Below are positions 63,817-64,000 of a stretch of 64,000 bases of DNA, piece after piece. Below the pieces are notes generated by a model, which made no database searches, was not told where the DNA came from, and saw only the letters and a program-made list of their open reading frames with translations. The translations under genes were made by a program, and so were the position numbers. The DNA lies in the NCBI GenBank assembly GCA_963806225.1, contig CAWDXG010000004.1, positions 5,152,001-5,216,000 of the forward strand. Direction: 5' to 3'. The stretch comes from an uncultured delta proteobacterium. GTDB lineage: Bacteria > Myxococcota_A > Polyangia > Polyangiales > Polyangiaceae. The stretch's first letter is position 1. Each line of letters starts with the position of its first letter.

Positions 63817-64000
63817 CTATCGCCGGACTGGCGGCGGTGGTGGTCGGCTCGAGTAGCGCGCGCGCAACGTGTCGATCACGCCGCCCGCTTCCCGCCAGTC
63901 GCGCTGTATCGCGTCCTGGTGGTCGTAGTAGTACGCGAGGGCCGCGTGCACGTCGGCCAGCGTCAGGTGCGGGTGCGCTTCGATGATGTCGTCGGGCGTC
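63817..64000 (-). CDS. DUF433 antitoxin (5' end outside window)
   Basis: TPDDIIEAHPHLTLADVHAALAYYYDH; directly upstream of the PIN-like gene. Confidence 0.8.
   Translation of the reverse strand, partial: TPDDIIEAHPHLTLADVHAALAYYYDHQDAIQRDWREAGGVIDTLRARYSSRPPPPPVRR

Overview
High-GC window that looks myxobacterial (Polyangiaceae-like), based on Hanks-type Ser/Thr kinases, Cys-rich lipoproteins and a MYXO-CTERM protein. At least 14 genes carry frameshifts, which probably reflect long-read indel errors. Core genes are tilS, ftsH, cca, a lolC/E permease, aat, a pseudouridine synthase and uup. There is a complete Pho locus (phoB, phoR, OprO/P-like porin, pstSCAB, phoU) with three readable Pho boxes. 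Immediately downstream is a four-gene module: C39-like peptidase, RimK-type ATP-grasp ligase, GCS2-type ligase and N-formylglutamate amidohydrolase. A crtY-crtE-crtI-crtB operon ends in an unassigned membrane protein with a duplicated DxxxH...ExxxH motif. That operon sits behind CarH-type 11-bp operator repeats and diverges from an ABC1/UbiB kinase. Accessory content includes a 5'-truncated group II intron fused in frame to a four-helix-bundle gene fragment, REP-like hairpins, an ABC ATPase with degenerate motifs, an integrin-beta-like TSP3/VWA lipoprotein, a candidate NlpC/P60 toxin-immunity pair and two toxin-antitoxin modules. No rRNA, tRNA or CRISPR array was seen. All calls come from reading motifs by eye; no database search was run.
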